Shown here: positions 41,173-55,084 of the stretch, piece by piece
How positions within the stretch are numbered: the first letter of the stretch is position 1
Layout: each line of letters opens with the position of its first letter
Assembly (NCBI GenBank): GCA_964016885.1
Contig: OZ024745.1
Coordinates: 32,488,001 to 32,552,000 of the forward strand
Direction of reading: 5' to 3'
Length of the DNA stretch: 64,000 nucleotides
From: Eledone cirrhosa
Lineage: Eukaryota
Position numbers and translations under genes: made by a program
Notes under the pieces: generated by a model
What the model was told of the DNA's origin: nothing
The model's input: the letters and a program-made list of their open reading frames with translations, nothing else
The model's database searches: none

Positions 41173-41635
41173 CCAGGCCGGTCGGCATTTTTCTCTCCCT
41201 TGTCTACGATTTCACAGAACTTATCTTTACCGAATTCACAGACTAGACCCCTTCTTCCTCCCGTTAGACCCGTGCGAAATTCCTTCCTTGCTCACATTTC
41301 AACCAGGTTTGATGGTCTTTATTCTCTCTCGTTCACGATTTCAGAGACCTTATATTCATAGAAATTTTTGGACTTGACTCGCTCTTCCTCACTTTTCGTT
41401 GCTTCACCATCTTTGTTTGTTTACACTCTCGCTGTTCCCTTTATTTACATGTCCCAACGACTTTCTTTAGCCGTTGCTCGCACCAACCGGAGGTATATGG
41501 TCTTTAAAGCGAAGAAATGCCGATGATGGTTGGAAGATCACTGATGAAGGACCACTTTATTCATATATATATATATATATATATAATATGTATATATATA
41601 TATATATAATATGTATATATATATATGTAAATATA

Positions 41636-41695
<60 letters not shown>

Positions 41696-41742
41696 GTATA
41701 TATATATATATGTGTAAATATATATATGTATATATATATATG

Positions 41743-41773
<31 letters not shown>

Positions 41774-42007
41774 GTATATATATATATACGCACATATTTA
41801 CATATATATATACATACACATGTATGTAAAAGGTAAACAGAAATAACAACACAATCGGTACAGTATATGGAAGGAATATCTTAGGTTAACGCTTGAAGTA
41901 GCGGGAAGAGGGTCTTAACGCTTCGGACGTTAGTCTTTCATCAGAAGAAAGAGAAATTAGAAAGATTGACGGGATGGGCGGGGTGGAATTAGAAAACATT
42001 ATATATG

Positions 42008-42186
42008 GGGAATTGGCAGTATCAGTAGAGGGTCGGGCGTCATGCTTTCCAGCATAATTACGTCCCTTTACGGTCTGAGTTCAAATCCCGTCGAGGTTAA
42101 CTTTGCCTTTCATCCTTACCGGGTCGATAAAATGAAGTACCAGTAATGAACTGGGTAATTGCTGGCCTTGTGCCAAAAGTAGAAAC

Positions 42187-42190
<4 letters not shown>
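42008..42190 (+). mobile_element. tRNA-derived SINE ending in (TA)n
   Basis: Head, B box, core and AGTAGAAACAATTATATA tail. Confidence 0.85.
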
Positions 42191-42243
<53 letters not shown>

Positions 42244-42854
42244 AAAATCTGCTTCGTAGAACCGAGACGTATCCGAAGACCGCGCGATTTCAGAGCAGGT
42301 TCGATCACCACATCGATCGTGCCTCGAGCTGGTCGCCCGAGAAATAATTGTAATATGTCCAATAAATTCCTTTCGTCGCAACACTGATTCTCTTTTTTCT
42401 ATGATATATATGTATATATAGCTGTGGGCCTATGGCTATAGCTTCCTTTGGCTTCGTTAGGAGTAAAGCCTCGCTCGCCTTGGAAGCTCTGGCTATGGGC
42501 CTGTAGCTATATCTTCCTTTGGGATTGCTGTGCTGAAACTCCGCTAGTCTTGAAATCTCTAGAGTTGTGTGTCTGGATATGGCTTGCATTGGCATCGCTG
42601 GGCATTGCCCCGCTCGCTTCGCAAACCCTAGCGTCTGGCTATAGCTTCCATTGGCTAGAGCCAGTGGTGGACTGGGTCTAAAAATATTGGTTGCTAGGAG
42701 CTGAAGGGGGGCCCACCTACATATAGAATGCTATCATTTAATTTTTATAATGTTACTTATTCAATAATATTTTCGAAAAATACATAAGTGGAAATATAAC
42801 AGTGCAATCAAATTTTTTGCGGAAATATATCTCACCTTCTCCAATAAAAAATAT

Positions 42855-43710
42855 GTATTTTGCGAAATCCAGAGACTTTCAATTATGACCAGAAGTCGAC
42901 CCTAAATATTACTAATAGCTCTAGGAAAGCCATGTACGACACCACTTCTTTTTAACTTTGATTTTGAAAGTAGGTTTATAATTATCAATTTTCATTATGT
43001 TTTTATAGCTGTCTCGGTGGCCTAGTTGGAGGAATCATAGACAGTACTGATGTTCGATCCTGGTCGGGAGTAGGGTTCCGGGTAAACCTTTTCAGTTTTT
43101 TTCTATTGGTTGAAAAATAAAAACTGAAAAAGTTTACATGTACCTCTTGACCAGGATTGAACCCAGGGCCAGGACCCCCACCGTCTCTGGTACCTACCGC
43201 TAGGCCACAGAGACAACCACGATAATCTTATGAAAATTCATAGTTATAAACCTACTTTAAAAACAAAGTGTTGTGGTGTCGTTCATGTCTTTCTTAATGT
43301 CAACTTAAGGTCAACTTCTAAATCATTTGGATGTTCCATAAACTACATCCTCGTTTTGTTTCTCATCTATCTAGACTATATTTTAATCTGTAATCCATGT
43401 TTCATTTCTGTTGCCCCTCTGTATATGTTATGTTTATACCATTACTTATTTGCATAGGGAATTTTTCCGCGAACCAAAGTATCGTCTTCCTGTCTTCCTC
43501 CGGTTGCAACCTTTTTTGAAATATCCACTTCTGCGTTTACAGATTGACTTTGTTAGTTTCAGAAGATCCCGTTAAGGGTGAAAGCAGCCATTCTTTGCTT
43601 AAACTTTAATCTGTTATTTTAATAAATATTTGCTCTACGGTTCTTATATATTTGATATATATTTATCCTTATCGAGCCCTCTTTGGATTTTAGTCTTCAA
43701 ATTTATTATT
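42855..43710 (+). mobile_element. Composite ~850-bp repeat (double-tRNA-like fold-back + H2 end)
   Basis: Inverted near-identical copy of 27109-27953; partial third copy at ~44169-44256. Confidence 0.85.
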
Positions 43711-43895
43711 GGTGGATTGGCAGTATCGGTGGAGGGTCGGACGCCATGCTTTCCAGCATAGTTACGTCCCTTTACGATCTGAGTTCAAATCCCGCCGAGG
43801 TTGACTTTGCCTTTCATCCTTACGGGGTCGATAAAATAAAGTACCAGTTATGCACTGGGTAATTGCTGGCCTTGTGCCTAAAGTAGAAACAATTA
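43711..43895 (+). mobile_element. Full-length tRNA-derived SINE inserted at the (TTA)n end of an H2 copy
   Basis: GGTGGATTGGCAGTATCGG...GAGTTCAAATCCCGCCGAGG...AAACAATTATT. Confidence 0.88.
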
Positions 43896-44503
43896 TTACT
43901 ATAATATATATATATATGTATATATATATATATTTATTAAAATAACAGATTAAAGTTTAAGCAAAGAATCGCTGCTTTCACCCTTATCGAGCCCTCTTTG
44001 GATTTTAGTCTTCAAATTTATTATTATTACTATATATATGTATATATATATTTATATATATATATACATATATTATTTGTTTGCTAAAATAATCAAATTA
44101 AATTAATTCAACAGTTAAACACACATAGGAACAATAAGGTTGTTACCAAAGGGCCAGAAGATTGGCAAGTCGACCCTAAATATTACTAATAGCTCTAGGA
44201 AAGCCATGAACGACACCACATCTTTTTAACTTTGATTTTGAAAGTAGGTTTATAATAACAATGTTCATTATAACTGTCTCTATCTATCTATCTCTCTCTA
44301 TCTATCTATCTATCTCCCCTATTTCCAACCCTTCTCACTCTCTCTCTCTCTTTCCCTCTCTACTCTATTTCCATCTCTCTCTCTCTCTTTCTCCCCCATT
44401 CCTATCGCTCTCTCTTTATCTCTCTTTCTCTCTCTCATTCTTATTCCTTCCTTTCACCGACTCACACATAATCACAAATACACACGCACACACAAATACA
44501 CGC

Positions 44504-44579
<76 letters not shown>

Positions 44580-44959
44580 ACACACACACACACACATACA
44601 CACACACACACACACTAACACAGACAGAGACGGGCAGACGTTACACGATAGATTGGTTCTTGCGGTTTCTTCACTTATTTCTCTATTTCTTCATCTGTTT
44701 ATTAATCCCCTTTCTTGTGATTAAGGCAGTAAATTAAGTAGCCAGGCTTAAACTAGAAAGAGGGAGAAGAAAACAACATCAAGTTCAACATTAATGTAGT
44801 TAAGTAATAAGAGTCTGTGACAGGAATATCAGGTTATTAGATAGCAAGAACCCTGATTTCGGTAATACTTCAACTAAAGAATGAGAATAGAATTGGGGAG
44901 AATTAGTAGGAACGCACTTCATGGACGTGAATCAGATTGGAGATCAAAGAGATGGCAAG

Positions 44960-47900
44960 TGTATGTTGGTCTAGTGTGTAGTGTGTAGTGTGCAGTGTCT
45001 AGTGTGTAGTGTGCAGTGTCTAGTGTGTAGTGTGCAGTGTCTAGTGTGTAGTGTGCAGTGTCTAGTGTGTAGTGTGCAGTGTCTAGTGTGTAGTGTGCAG
45101 TGTCTAGTGTGTAGTGTGCAGTGTCTAGTGTGTAGTGTGCAGTGTCTAGTGTGTAGTGTGCAGTGTCTAGTGTGTAGTATGTGTTGTTAAAGTGTATGTT
45201 GGTGTTTAGTGTGTAGTAGTGTTGTTAAAGTGTATGTTGGTGTGTAGTGTGTAGTAGTGTTGTTAAAGTGTATGTTGGTGTGTAGTGTGTAGTAGTGTTG
45301 TTAAAGTGTATGTTGGTGTGTAGTGTGTAGTTGTGTTGTTAAAGTGTATGTTGGTGTTTAGTGTGTAGTAGTGTTGTTAAAGTGTATGTTGGTGTGTAGT
45401 GTGTAGTAGTGTTGTTAAAGTGTATGTTGGTGTGTAGTGTGTAGTAGTGTTGTTAAAGTGTATGTTGGTGTGTAGTTGTGTTGTTAAAGTGTATGTTGGT
45501 GTTTAGTGTGTAGTAGTGTTGTTAAAGTGTATGTTGGTGTGTAGTGTGTAGTGTCTAGTGTGTAGTGTGCAGTGTCTAGTGTGTAGTATGTGTTGTTAAA
45601 GTGTCTGTTGGTGTGTAGTGTGTAGTAGTGTTGTTAAAGTGTATGTTGGTGTGTAGTGTGTAGTTGTGTTGTTAAAGTGTATGTTGGTGTGTAGTGTGTA
45701 GTAGTGTTGTTAAAGTGTATGTTGGTGTGTAGTGTGTAGTAGTGTTGTTAAAGTGTATGTTGGTGTGTAGTGTGTAGTAGTGTTGTTAAAGTGTATGTTG
45801 GTGTGTAGTGTGTATTAGTGTTGTTAAAGTGTATGTTGGTGTGTAGTGTGTAGTAGTGTTGTTAAAGTGTACGTTGGTGTGTAGTGTGTAGTAGTGTTGT
45901 TAAAGTGTATGTTGGTGTGTAGTGTGTAGTAGTGTTGTTAAAGTGTATGTTGGTGTGTAGTGTGTAGTAGTGTTGTTAAAGTGTATGTTGGTGTGTAGTG
46001 TGTAGTTGTGTTGTTAAAGTGTATGTTGGTGTGTAGTGTGTAGTAGTGTTGTTAAAGTGTAAGTTGGTGTGTAGTGTGTAGTGTCTAGTGTGTAGTTGTG
46101 TTGTTAAAGTGTATGTTGGTGTGTAGTGTGCAGTGTCTAGTGTGTAGTTGTGTTGTTAAAGTGTATGTTGGTGTGTAGTGTGTAGTAGTGTTGTTAAAGT
46201 GTATGTTGGTGTGTAGTGTGTAGTGTCTAGTGTGTAGTTGTGTTGTTAAAGTGTATGTTGGTGTGTAGTGTGCAGTGTCTAGTGTGTAGTAGTGTTGTTA
46301 AAGTGTATGTTGGTGTGTAGTGTGTAGTAGTGTTGTTAAAGTGTATGTTGGTGTGTAGTGTGTAGTAGTGTTGTTAAAGTGTCTGTTGGTGTGTAGTGTG
46401 TAGTGTCTAGTGTGTAGTAGTGTTGTTAAAGTGTATGTTGGTGTGTAGTGTGTAGTAGTGTTGTTAAAGTGTATGTTGGTGTGTAGTGTGTAGTAGTGTT
46501 GTTAAAGTGTATGTTGGTGTGTAGTGTGTAGTAGTGTTGTTAAAGTGTCTGTTGGTGTGTAGTGTGTAGTTGTGTTGTTAAAGTGTATGTTGGTGTGTAG
46601 TGTGTAGTGTCTAGTGTGTAGTAGTGTTGTTAAAGTGTATGTTGGTGTGTAGTGTGTAGTAGTGTTGTTAAAGTGTATGTTGGTGTGTAGTGTGTAGTTG
46701 TGTTGTTAAAGTGTATGTTGGTGTGTAGTGTGTAGTAGTGTTGTTAAAGTGTATGTTGGTGTGTAGTGTGTAGTAGTGTTGTTAAAGTGTATGTTGGTGT
46801 GTAGTGTGTAGTTGTGTTGTTAAAGTGTATGTTGGTGTGTAGTGTGTAGTAGTGTTGTTAAAGTGTATGTTGGTGTGTAGTGTGTAGTAGTGTTGTTAAA
46901 GTGTATGTTGGTGTGTAGTGTGTAGTTGTGTTGTTAAAGTGTATGTTGGTGTGTAGTGTGTAGTGTCTAGTGTGTAGTAGTGTTGTTAAAGTGTATGTTG
47001 GTGTGTAGTGTGTAGTAGTGTTGTTAAAGTGTATGTTGGTGTGTAGTGTGTAGTTGTGTTGTTAAAGTGTATGTTGGTGTGTAGTGTGTAGTAGTGTTGT
47101 TAAAGTGTATGTTGGTGTGTAGTGTGTAGTAGTGTTGTTAAAGTGTATGTTGGTGTGTAGTGTGTAGTTGTGTTGTTAAAGTGTATGTTGGTGTGTAGTG
47201 TGTAGTGTCTAGTGTGTAGTAGTGTTGTTAAAGTGTATGTTGGTGTGTAGTGTGTAGTAGTGTTGTTAAAGTGTATGTTGGTGTGTAGTGTGTAGTTGTG
47301 TTGTTAAAGTGTATGTTGGTGTGTAGTGTGTAGTAGTGTTGTTAAAGTGTATGTTGGTGTGTAGTGTGTAGTAGTGTTGTTAAAGTGTATGTTGGTGTGT
47401 AGTGTGTAGTTGTGTTGTTAAAGTGTATGTTGGTGTGTAGTGTGTAGTAGTGTTGTTAAAGTGTATGTTGGTGTGTAGTGTGTAGTAGTGTTGTTAAAGT
47501 GTATGTTGGTGTGTAGTGTGTAGTATGTGTTGTTAAAGTGTCTGTTGGTGTGTAGTGTGTAGTAGTGTTGTTAAAGTGTATGTTGGTGTGTAGTGTGTAG
47601 TAGTGTTGTTAAAGTGTATGTTGGTGTGTAGTGTGTAGTAGTGTTGTTAAAGTGTATGTTGGTGTGTAGTGTGTAGTTGTGTTGTTAAAGTGTATGTTGG
47701 TGTGTAGTGTGTAGTGTCTAGTGTGTAGTAGTGTTGTTAAAGTGTATGTTGGTGTGTAGTGTGTAGTAGTGTTGTTAAAGTGTATGTTGGTGTGTAGTGT
47801 GTAGTAGTGTTGTTAAAGTGTATGTTGGTGTGTAGTGTGTAGTAGTGTTGTTAAAGTGTATGTTGGTGTGTAGTGTGTAGTTGTGTTGTTAAAGTGTATG

Positions 47901-49680
47901 TTGGTGTGTAGTGTGTAGTGTCTAGTGTGTAGTAGTGTTGTTAAAGTGTATGTTGGTGTGTAGTGTGTAGTAGTGTTGTTAAAGTGTATGTTGGTGTGTA
48001 GTGTGTAGTAGTGTTGTTAAAGTGTATGTTGGTGTGTAGTGTGTAGTAGTGTTGTTAAAGTGTATGTTGGTGTGTAGTGTGTAGTAGTGTTGTTAAAGTG
48101 TATGTTGGTGTGTAGTGTGTAGTAGTGTTGTTAAAGTGTATGTTGGTGTGTAGTGTGTAGTAGTGTTGTTAAAGTGTATGTTGGTGTGTAGTGTGTAGTA
48201 GTGTTGTTAACGTGTATGTTGGTGTGTAGTGTGTAGTAGTGTTGTTAAAGTGTATGTTGGTGTGTAGTGTGTAGTAGTGTTGTTAAAGTGTATGTTGGTG
48301 TGTAGTGTGTAGTAGTGTTGTTAAAGTGTATGTTGGTGTGTAGTGTGTAGTTGTGTTGTTAAAGTGTATGTTGGTGTGTAGTGTGTAGTGTCTAGTGTGT
48401 AGTAGTGTTGTTAAAGTGTATGTTGGTGTGTAGTGTGTAGTAGTGTTGTTAAAGTGTATGTTGGTGTGTAGTGTGTAGTAGTGTTGTTAAAGTGTATGTT
48501 GGTGTGTAGTGTGTAGTGTCTAGTGTGTAGTAGTGTTGTTAAAGTGTATGTTGGTGTGTAGTGTGTAGTAGTGTTGTTAAAGTGTATGTTGGTGTGTAGT
48601 GTGTAGTAGTGTTGTTAAAGTGTATGTTGGTGTGTAGTGTGTAGTAGTGTTGTTAAAGTGTATGTTGGTGTGTAGTGTGTAGTGTCTAGTGTGTAGTAGT
48701 GTTGTTAAAGTGTATGTTGGTGTGTAGTGTGTAGTAGTGTTGTTAAAGTGTATGTTGGTGTGTAGTGTGTAGTAGTGTTGTTAAAGTGTATGTTGGTGTG
48801 TAGTGTGTAGTAGTGTTGTTAAAGTGTATGTTGGTGTGTAGTGTGTAGTAGTGTTGTTAAAGTGTATGTTGGTGTGTAGTGTGTAGTTGTGTTGTTAAAG
48901 TGTATGTTGGTGTGTAGTGTGTAGTGTCTAGTGTGTAGTAGTGTTGTTAAAGTGTATGTTGGTGTGTAGTGTGTAGTAGTGTTGTTAAAGTGTATGTTGG
49001 TGTGTAGTGTGTAGTAGTGTTGTTAAAGTGTATGTTGGTGTGTAGTGTGTAGTTGTGTTGTTAAAGTGTATGTTGGTGTGTAGTGTGTAGTAGTGTTGTT
49101 AAAGTGTATGTTGGTGTGTAGTGTGTAGTAGTGTTGTTAAAGTGTATGTTGGTGTGTAGTGTGTAGTTGTGTTGTTAAAGTGTATGTTGGTGTGTAGTGT
49201 GTAGTAGTGTTGTTAAAGTGTATGTTGGTGTGTAGTGTGTAGTAGTGTTGTTAAAGTGTATGTTGGTGTGTAGTGTGTAGTTGTGTTGTTAAAGTGTATG
49301 TTGATGTGTAGTGTGTAGTAGTGTTGTTAAAGTGTATGTTGGTGTGTAGTGTGTAGTGTCTAGTGTGTATTAGTGTTGTTAAAGTGTAAGTTGGTGTGTA
49401 GTGTTGTAGTGTGTAGTGTGTAATGTTGTAGTAGTGTTGTTAAAGTGTATGTTGGTGTGTAGTGTTGTAGTGTGTAGTGTGTAGTGTGTTGTAGTGTGTA
49501 GTGTGTAGTGTGTAGTAGTGTTGTTAAAGTGTATGTCGGTGTGTAGTGTGTAGTGTGATGTAGTGTTGTTAAAGAGTATGTTTGTGTATATGTGTTGTTA
49601 AAGTGTGTGTTGGTGTGTACTTGATGTGTACTTGATGTGTACCAGTGTGTAAACAAAGTGTATGTTGGTGTACAATAGTA
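44960..49680 (+). repeat. Satellite array: ~10 x 21-bp unit, then >100 x 38-bp unit with 52-bp variants
   Basis: GTGTGTAGTGTGCAGTGTCTA followed by TAGTGTTGTTAAAGTGTATGTTGGTGTGTAGTGTGTAG; variants carry an extra TGTCTAGTGTGTAG; decays at the right end. Confidence 0.97.
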
Positions 49681-49986
49681 AATAGCGTGCAATGTGCAGT
49701 AAGGAGTTGGCATTAAAATTAAACTAACTATATTTCTCTTCTTAGAATAATATATAAAATAGTGAGTGAATGAGAAGTCTGCACGTGGATCATCTACCTG
49801 CTAGAAATAAGTCAAATATCTCCTCAAATTACGCCTTACTGACTTAAATCATGAAATGACACATTGCAGATGTTGCTTTTATCTGCACTTCATTAGCGTC
49901 TAAAACTACTCAGGTGAAAAATGCGTGAATAGGCCTCTTTTGGATCCATCCATACATCCATCCATACATACATACATACATACATA

Positions 49987-50160
49987 CATGATGGCTGCCC
50001 CCTCGTTATCGAGTATGGCCATTGCACGAGGAGAAAAAAAAATATTAATAAATAAATAAAAAAGAAAAGAAAAGAAAAAAGAAATATATATATATATATA
50101 TACACACATACATATACACACACATATATATATATACATACACACATATACATTAATAAC

Positions 50161-50210
<50 letters not shown>

Positions 50211-51510
50211 CAATAATAATAACGACAACAACAACAATAATAATATACATATACATATATATATACACACACACGCGCACACATAGACATATCTATACAC
50301 ACACACACACACACGATAGCAACTAACAGCGATGCGATCGAATGTGGCTTTTTAGCCCAGCCAATGATCTAAAATGTCTTGCACAGAGTCGGCAACCAAA
50401 ACATTCACTGGGAATAGCCGGCTATGGTTGGATTTCATGTACTTTTGCATGTCGCTTGAGCCCTCCTGCTTATTTACATTCTCTACCACATGTTTGGCAA
50501 GCATGATGAGTAGCATCTCCAACAGCAGCCTGGTAGTCAACCAATGGTCTTACTTTATGACTGCGAAGATGACTTTCGAGTCCAGCTTTGCTTAAGCAGA
50601 GTCTCGCACAGACGCTGCATGTCAGCACCATAGGAGGACCCTCGCCGTCTGGAAGTGCAACAGCAATGCCCTTCCTCACATCCCGCTTTACTTTCTCGTA
50701 TGCGATTCGAGATGCCATTTATTACGATCAGCAGCAATATGTTCCCATATATCAGCAGAGATGTTAGCGTCTTTCAAAGAGGCTTTCAAAGAATCCTTAT
50801 ACCTCTTTTTTGGTTTATGTGGCGGTCGTTTTCCTTTAACCAACTCTCTATAAAAGAGTTGTTTTGGTATTCTAGAATCCTTCATCCTGGCAAGGTGACC
50901 ACTCCAACGGAGTCGTTGCTTAAGCACAAGAGCTTCTATACTGTCACATATTATAGAGCTTTCCAAAATCTCGACATCACTGATGTGGTCGCTCCAGTGA
51001 ACGCCATGGATCCGTCTGAGACACATCTGATGGAAACGCTCCAATTGCTTAAGGTGGTGTCGATATGTGACCCAGGTCTCGCAGGCATAAAGAAGACAAG
51101 AGAGCACACATGCCTTGTACACCTTTACCTTTGTCCTCCTGCATATGTCTCGCCGACCCCAGAGTCGCCTTTCTAGATTTCTGAAAGCATCACTTGCTTT
51201 CCTAATCCTAAGTGAGATTTCACTGTCAAGGTTGCTGTATCGATTGACAGTGCTTCCCAGGTAGACAAACTGATCAACCACTCCAAGTCGTTTACCATAC
51301 ACATAGATATTTGGTTCAGTGTACTGCTTACCAGGGACAGGTTGGTACATGCCAACGGTTTTCTTGAGACTGACAGTCAATCCTAGGGCAGTGCAAGCGT
51401 CAGAAAATGCATTCAAAATGTGCTGCATATCACTCTCTGTGTGCGCTACAAGATCGCAATCATCTGCATACAAGAGGTCTCTTATGATTGATGTAAATAC
51501 TTTTGTCTTT
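49987..51510 (-). mobile_element. 5'-truncated RTE-clade LINE (RT C-terminus + C2H2 fingers), 3' UTR interrupted by microsatellites
   Basis: DLLYADDCDL, FVYLGS, LLYACETW, LRWSGHLARMKDSRIPKQLFY...RYKDSLK and CSVCARLCLSKAGLESHLRSH. 3' terminus gccatactcgataacgagggggcagccatc followed by (ATGT)n. Confidence 0.9.
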
Positions 51511-51552
51511 ACATACATACATACATACGTACGTGCATATATACATACATAT

Positions 51553-51905
51553 ATGATGGCTGCCCCCCCCCCCCTCGTTATCGAGTATGGCCTTTGCACG
51601 ATATACCATTATTAATAATTATTAATTAATGCTATCGTGCAATGCCTGTGCGTGAAGATATTTTTTAAAGTGAGGCAAGACTGTGCACTGAGACAATCCC
51701 ACTCTCTGAGCGACAGTAGCTATAACCCGAAAAGAAGAAAAGATCAACATGATCGGTTATCACTGAGCCGTAGGTTTTATATTGGAGTTATCCCAGTTTC
51801 CTGAGTTGCCTTCTCCTAGAAGAATGCCCTGAGAAAGGCTACGGGTGCTTCACTCCCAGTGGTTTAACCGCGCGATCGGGTATCCAGCCCGACCATTTCT
51901 ATGTC
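51553..51905 (-). mobile_element. Non-autonomous RTE-derived element stacked head-to-tail on the LINE
   Basis: Contains CTAGGAGAAGGCAACTC and the same 3' terminus as 49987-50030; resembles 15236-15630. Confidence 0.65.
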
Positions 51906-52870
51906 CCCGCGCATATACATACACATGCACACATGCATACACACATATACATATACATACATATGTACATGTGTATATACATATTTACACACTTTTGGAT
52001 GGCCGTTGACTCTTATGAGTTCTTCCGCTCTTTGTCAGGTTTTGTTTTTTGTCCTGCAGAGTGTCCAAAATCACCCTCCTCACCAAGTAAACTTGGTGGG
52101 GTTGCCGGTTTAGTCGCCGACGACCCGACCATGCGACAGGTTGTACTGGGTTAGTAGCACTCAAGAGTGACCCAACACATACATACATGCATGCATGCAT
52201 GCATGCATGCATACATACATACATACATACATACATACATACATACATACATACATACATACATACATACATACATACAAATAAACAAACAAACAAATGC
52301 ATAAAGATATATACAGAGAAGCATTTTAGTTGAAAAACCACGGTTTTGTCTTTTGCCGTCCAACTTTGTCGGCCAGACATTCTCTCACTAATGCATTCTC
52401 TCGTATTTATTATTCTAAGAATAGCAGTCAATCACGTTGATCGAACTTACTGTATGTTAACAACTCGTTGCCACTACGAGTTGTTACCTAATACCAAAGC
52501 GTTTCAGATCTGACCACCACCACGACGCCATCTAATTTCAACAAAATAACCAATCCTAACGAAACATTGAAATTGTCACAACTACATGTTATCATATGGA
52601 AACGAAGCAATCAGCCAAAGCAAGATTTTACTCCACAACTATCGAACTTATAAATGAATGACATTTTCCATTTCTATTTACGTTTTTAAGGCGTCGAATT
52701 GACAGAATCGTTATAGCGTGGGATAAAATGTTTTGCGGTATTCGTTCCGGCTCTATGCGAAACTAATTTCAAATCCCGCCGAGATCAACTTTGTCTTTCA
52801 TTCTTTCAAGGTTGATAAATAAAGCTCCAGTAATGAAGTCAATTCTTCCTCTAATCTCTCTCTCTCTCTC

Positions 52871-52905
<35 letters not shown>

Positions 52906-53379
52906 GTTCCGACCCAGAATACTCCCTAATTAGCAGTGATTATTTTAACGTTCAGTTGACCCCTGTTTGTGTAGTTCTGAATCTACTTTTGTGTAGTATG
53001 TCTAATACTACAAAAAAATTAAAACATTCATAAAATGCTTCTCAGACTCAGAACATATCAAACGCTTAGTCGTGACACCTGCCTCAAAGATTTGTACAGT
53101 TCTAAAATTCCCTTAAATTAGAATCTGCTTATTAGAATATCCTTCTTCCAGGTTTTGAGTCCAGTAGAATTTCTTTTTCACGTAAGTATATTATTAACCA
53201 TGAATAAAACAAAAAACAATATTTCTCTGAATTGTTTTCAGTGTTGATATTTCCATCCTCCAGCATAAATTCTATAAAGTCATGACTATTCTATCTTTTA
53301 TCAGGAAAATGCCCTAAGGATAAATATGTTGAAAGATCAACAAAAAAAAAAAAACAGCATAACGTATTGAGAAACAGTA

Positions 53380-53529
53380 AGCGGCGAATTGGTAGAGTCT
53401 TTAGAACATCGAATAAATTGTTTTGTGGTATTGGTTCCGGCTCTCCACCGATGTCAATTTTGCCTTTCATCCTTTCGAAGTCGATAAAAATGTACCAGTC
53501 CTTTATATCTCTTTCTCACTTACTCTCTC

Positions 53530-53602
<73 letters not shown>

Positions 53603-53750
53603 TCCTCTCTCTTCTTCTCTCTCTCTTTCTCTCTCTCTCTCTTCTGGAAGAAATCTACTGGTGAAGGGATAGGCTCCGCCAGGTTTAAAAAGAACATACC
53701 TAAGACACGTCGTATGTCATCACTACAGAGCCCTTATGACTCCATCAAGT
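53380..53750 (+). mobile_element. Degenerate SINE with (CT)n and extended tail (another degenerate SINE at 52690-52830)
   Basis: gcggcgaattggtagag...ttgcctttcatcctttcgaagtcgataaaaatgtaccagt...ctggaagaaatct. Confidence 0.65.
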
Positions 53751-53959
53751 GTTACAAGCCCATACATCCAGAGTTAGATTTAGACCTTGGTGGGCCCGGA
53801 GCACTTTTGGTTTGGGGGAGTGAGTGGCCTTCATACACAAAAAATTAGAATACACAGCAAATCCCCAATTTTACATATCAAACCTAGCTTGGCGTAAGTA
53901 ATTAGAATTGAAACGTTATACATAGAGGTATTAAATTCAAATATTCTAACCACTCTAAA

Positions 53960-54526
53960 GCTAAAAGCCCAGCTGAGGGCACAAATAAATTGTTAGGAAC
54001 AAATAAGGAATCGACAAGCCAGGCTAAAAGCCCAGCTGAGGGCACAAATAAATTGTTAGGAACAAGTAAGGAATCGACAAGCCAGGCTAAAAGCCCAGCT
54101 GAGGGCACAAATAAATTGTTAGGAACAAATAAGGAATCGACAAGCCAGGCTAAAAACCCAGCTGAGGGCACAAATAAATTGTTAGGAACAAGTAAGGAAT
54201 CGACAAGCCAGGCTAAAAACCCAGCTGAGGGCACAAATAAATTGTTAGGAACAAGTAAGGAATCGACAAGCCAGGCTAAAAGCCCAGCTGAGGGCACAAA
54301 TAAATTGTTAGGAACAAATAAGGAATCGACAAGCCAGGCTAAAAACCCAGCTGAGGGCACAAATAAATTGTTAGGAACAAGTAAGGAATCGACAAGTCAG
54401 GCTAAAAACCCAGCTGAGGGCACAAATAAATTGTTAGGAACAAGTAAGGAATCGACAAGCCAGGCTAAAAGCCCAGCTGAGGGCACAAATAAATTGTTAG
54501 GAACAAATAAGGAATCGACAAACCAG
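53960..54526 (+). repeat. 63-bp tandem repeat x9 with open reading frame (AKSPAEGTNKLLGTNKESTSQ)n
   Basis: Direct repeat with no indels; the + frame is open from ~53912 to the stop at 54589. Confidence 0.9.
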
Positions 54527-55084
54527 GCCATGTCGGTTTCTAAAGCGGAAACAAAAACACCAGTTGATAATTCTATAACCAAGGATTAGTCAACTCACCA
54601 TAAAACTGAATATTCAAACACAAAACAATTGATATTAACACACACACATATACATATACATTAACACACACACATATACATATACATACATATATACATA
54701 TACATATACATATACATACATATATATACATACACACATACATATACATACGCACATACATATATATACACACATACATACACACATACATATACACATA
54801 CACGCACACATGCATATACATTCATACATACATACATACATACATATACATACATATACATACACACATACATATACACATACACGGTCACATACACGCA
54901 CACATGCATATACATTCATACATACATACATACATACATACATACATACATACATACATACATACATACACTACATACATACATATATATATATACACAC
55001 ACACACATACATACATACATACATATGTGTGTGTATGTGCTGTGTGCGTGCGTATGTATGTATGTTTTTGTGTGTATGTATGCG

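Noticed and set aside
44960-49680. Telomeric repeat
   Set aside because: No TTAGGG units; it is an internal GT-rich satellite.
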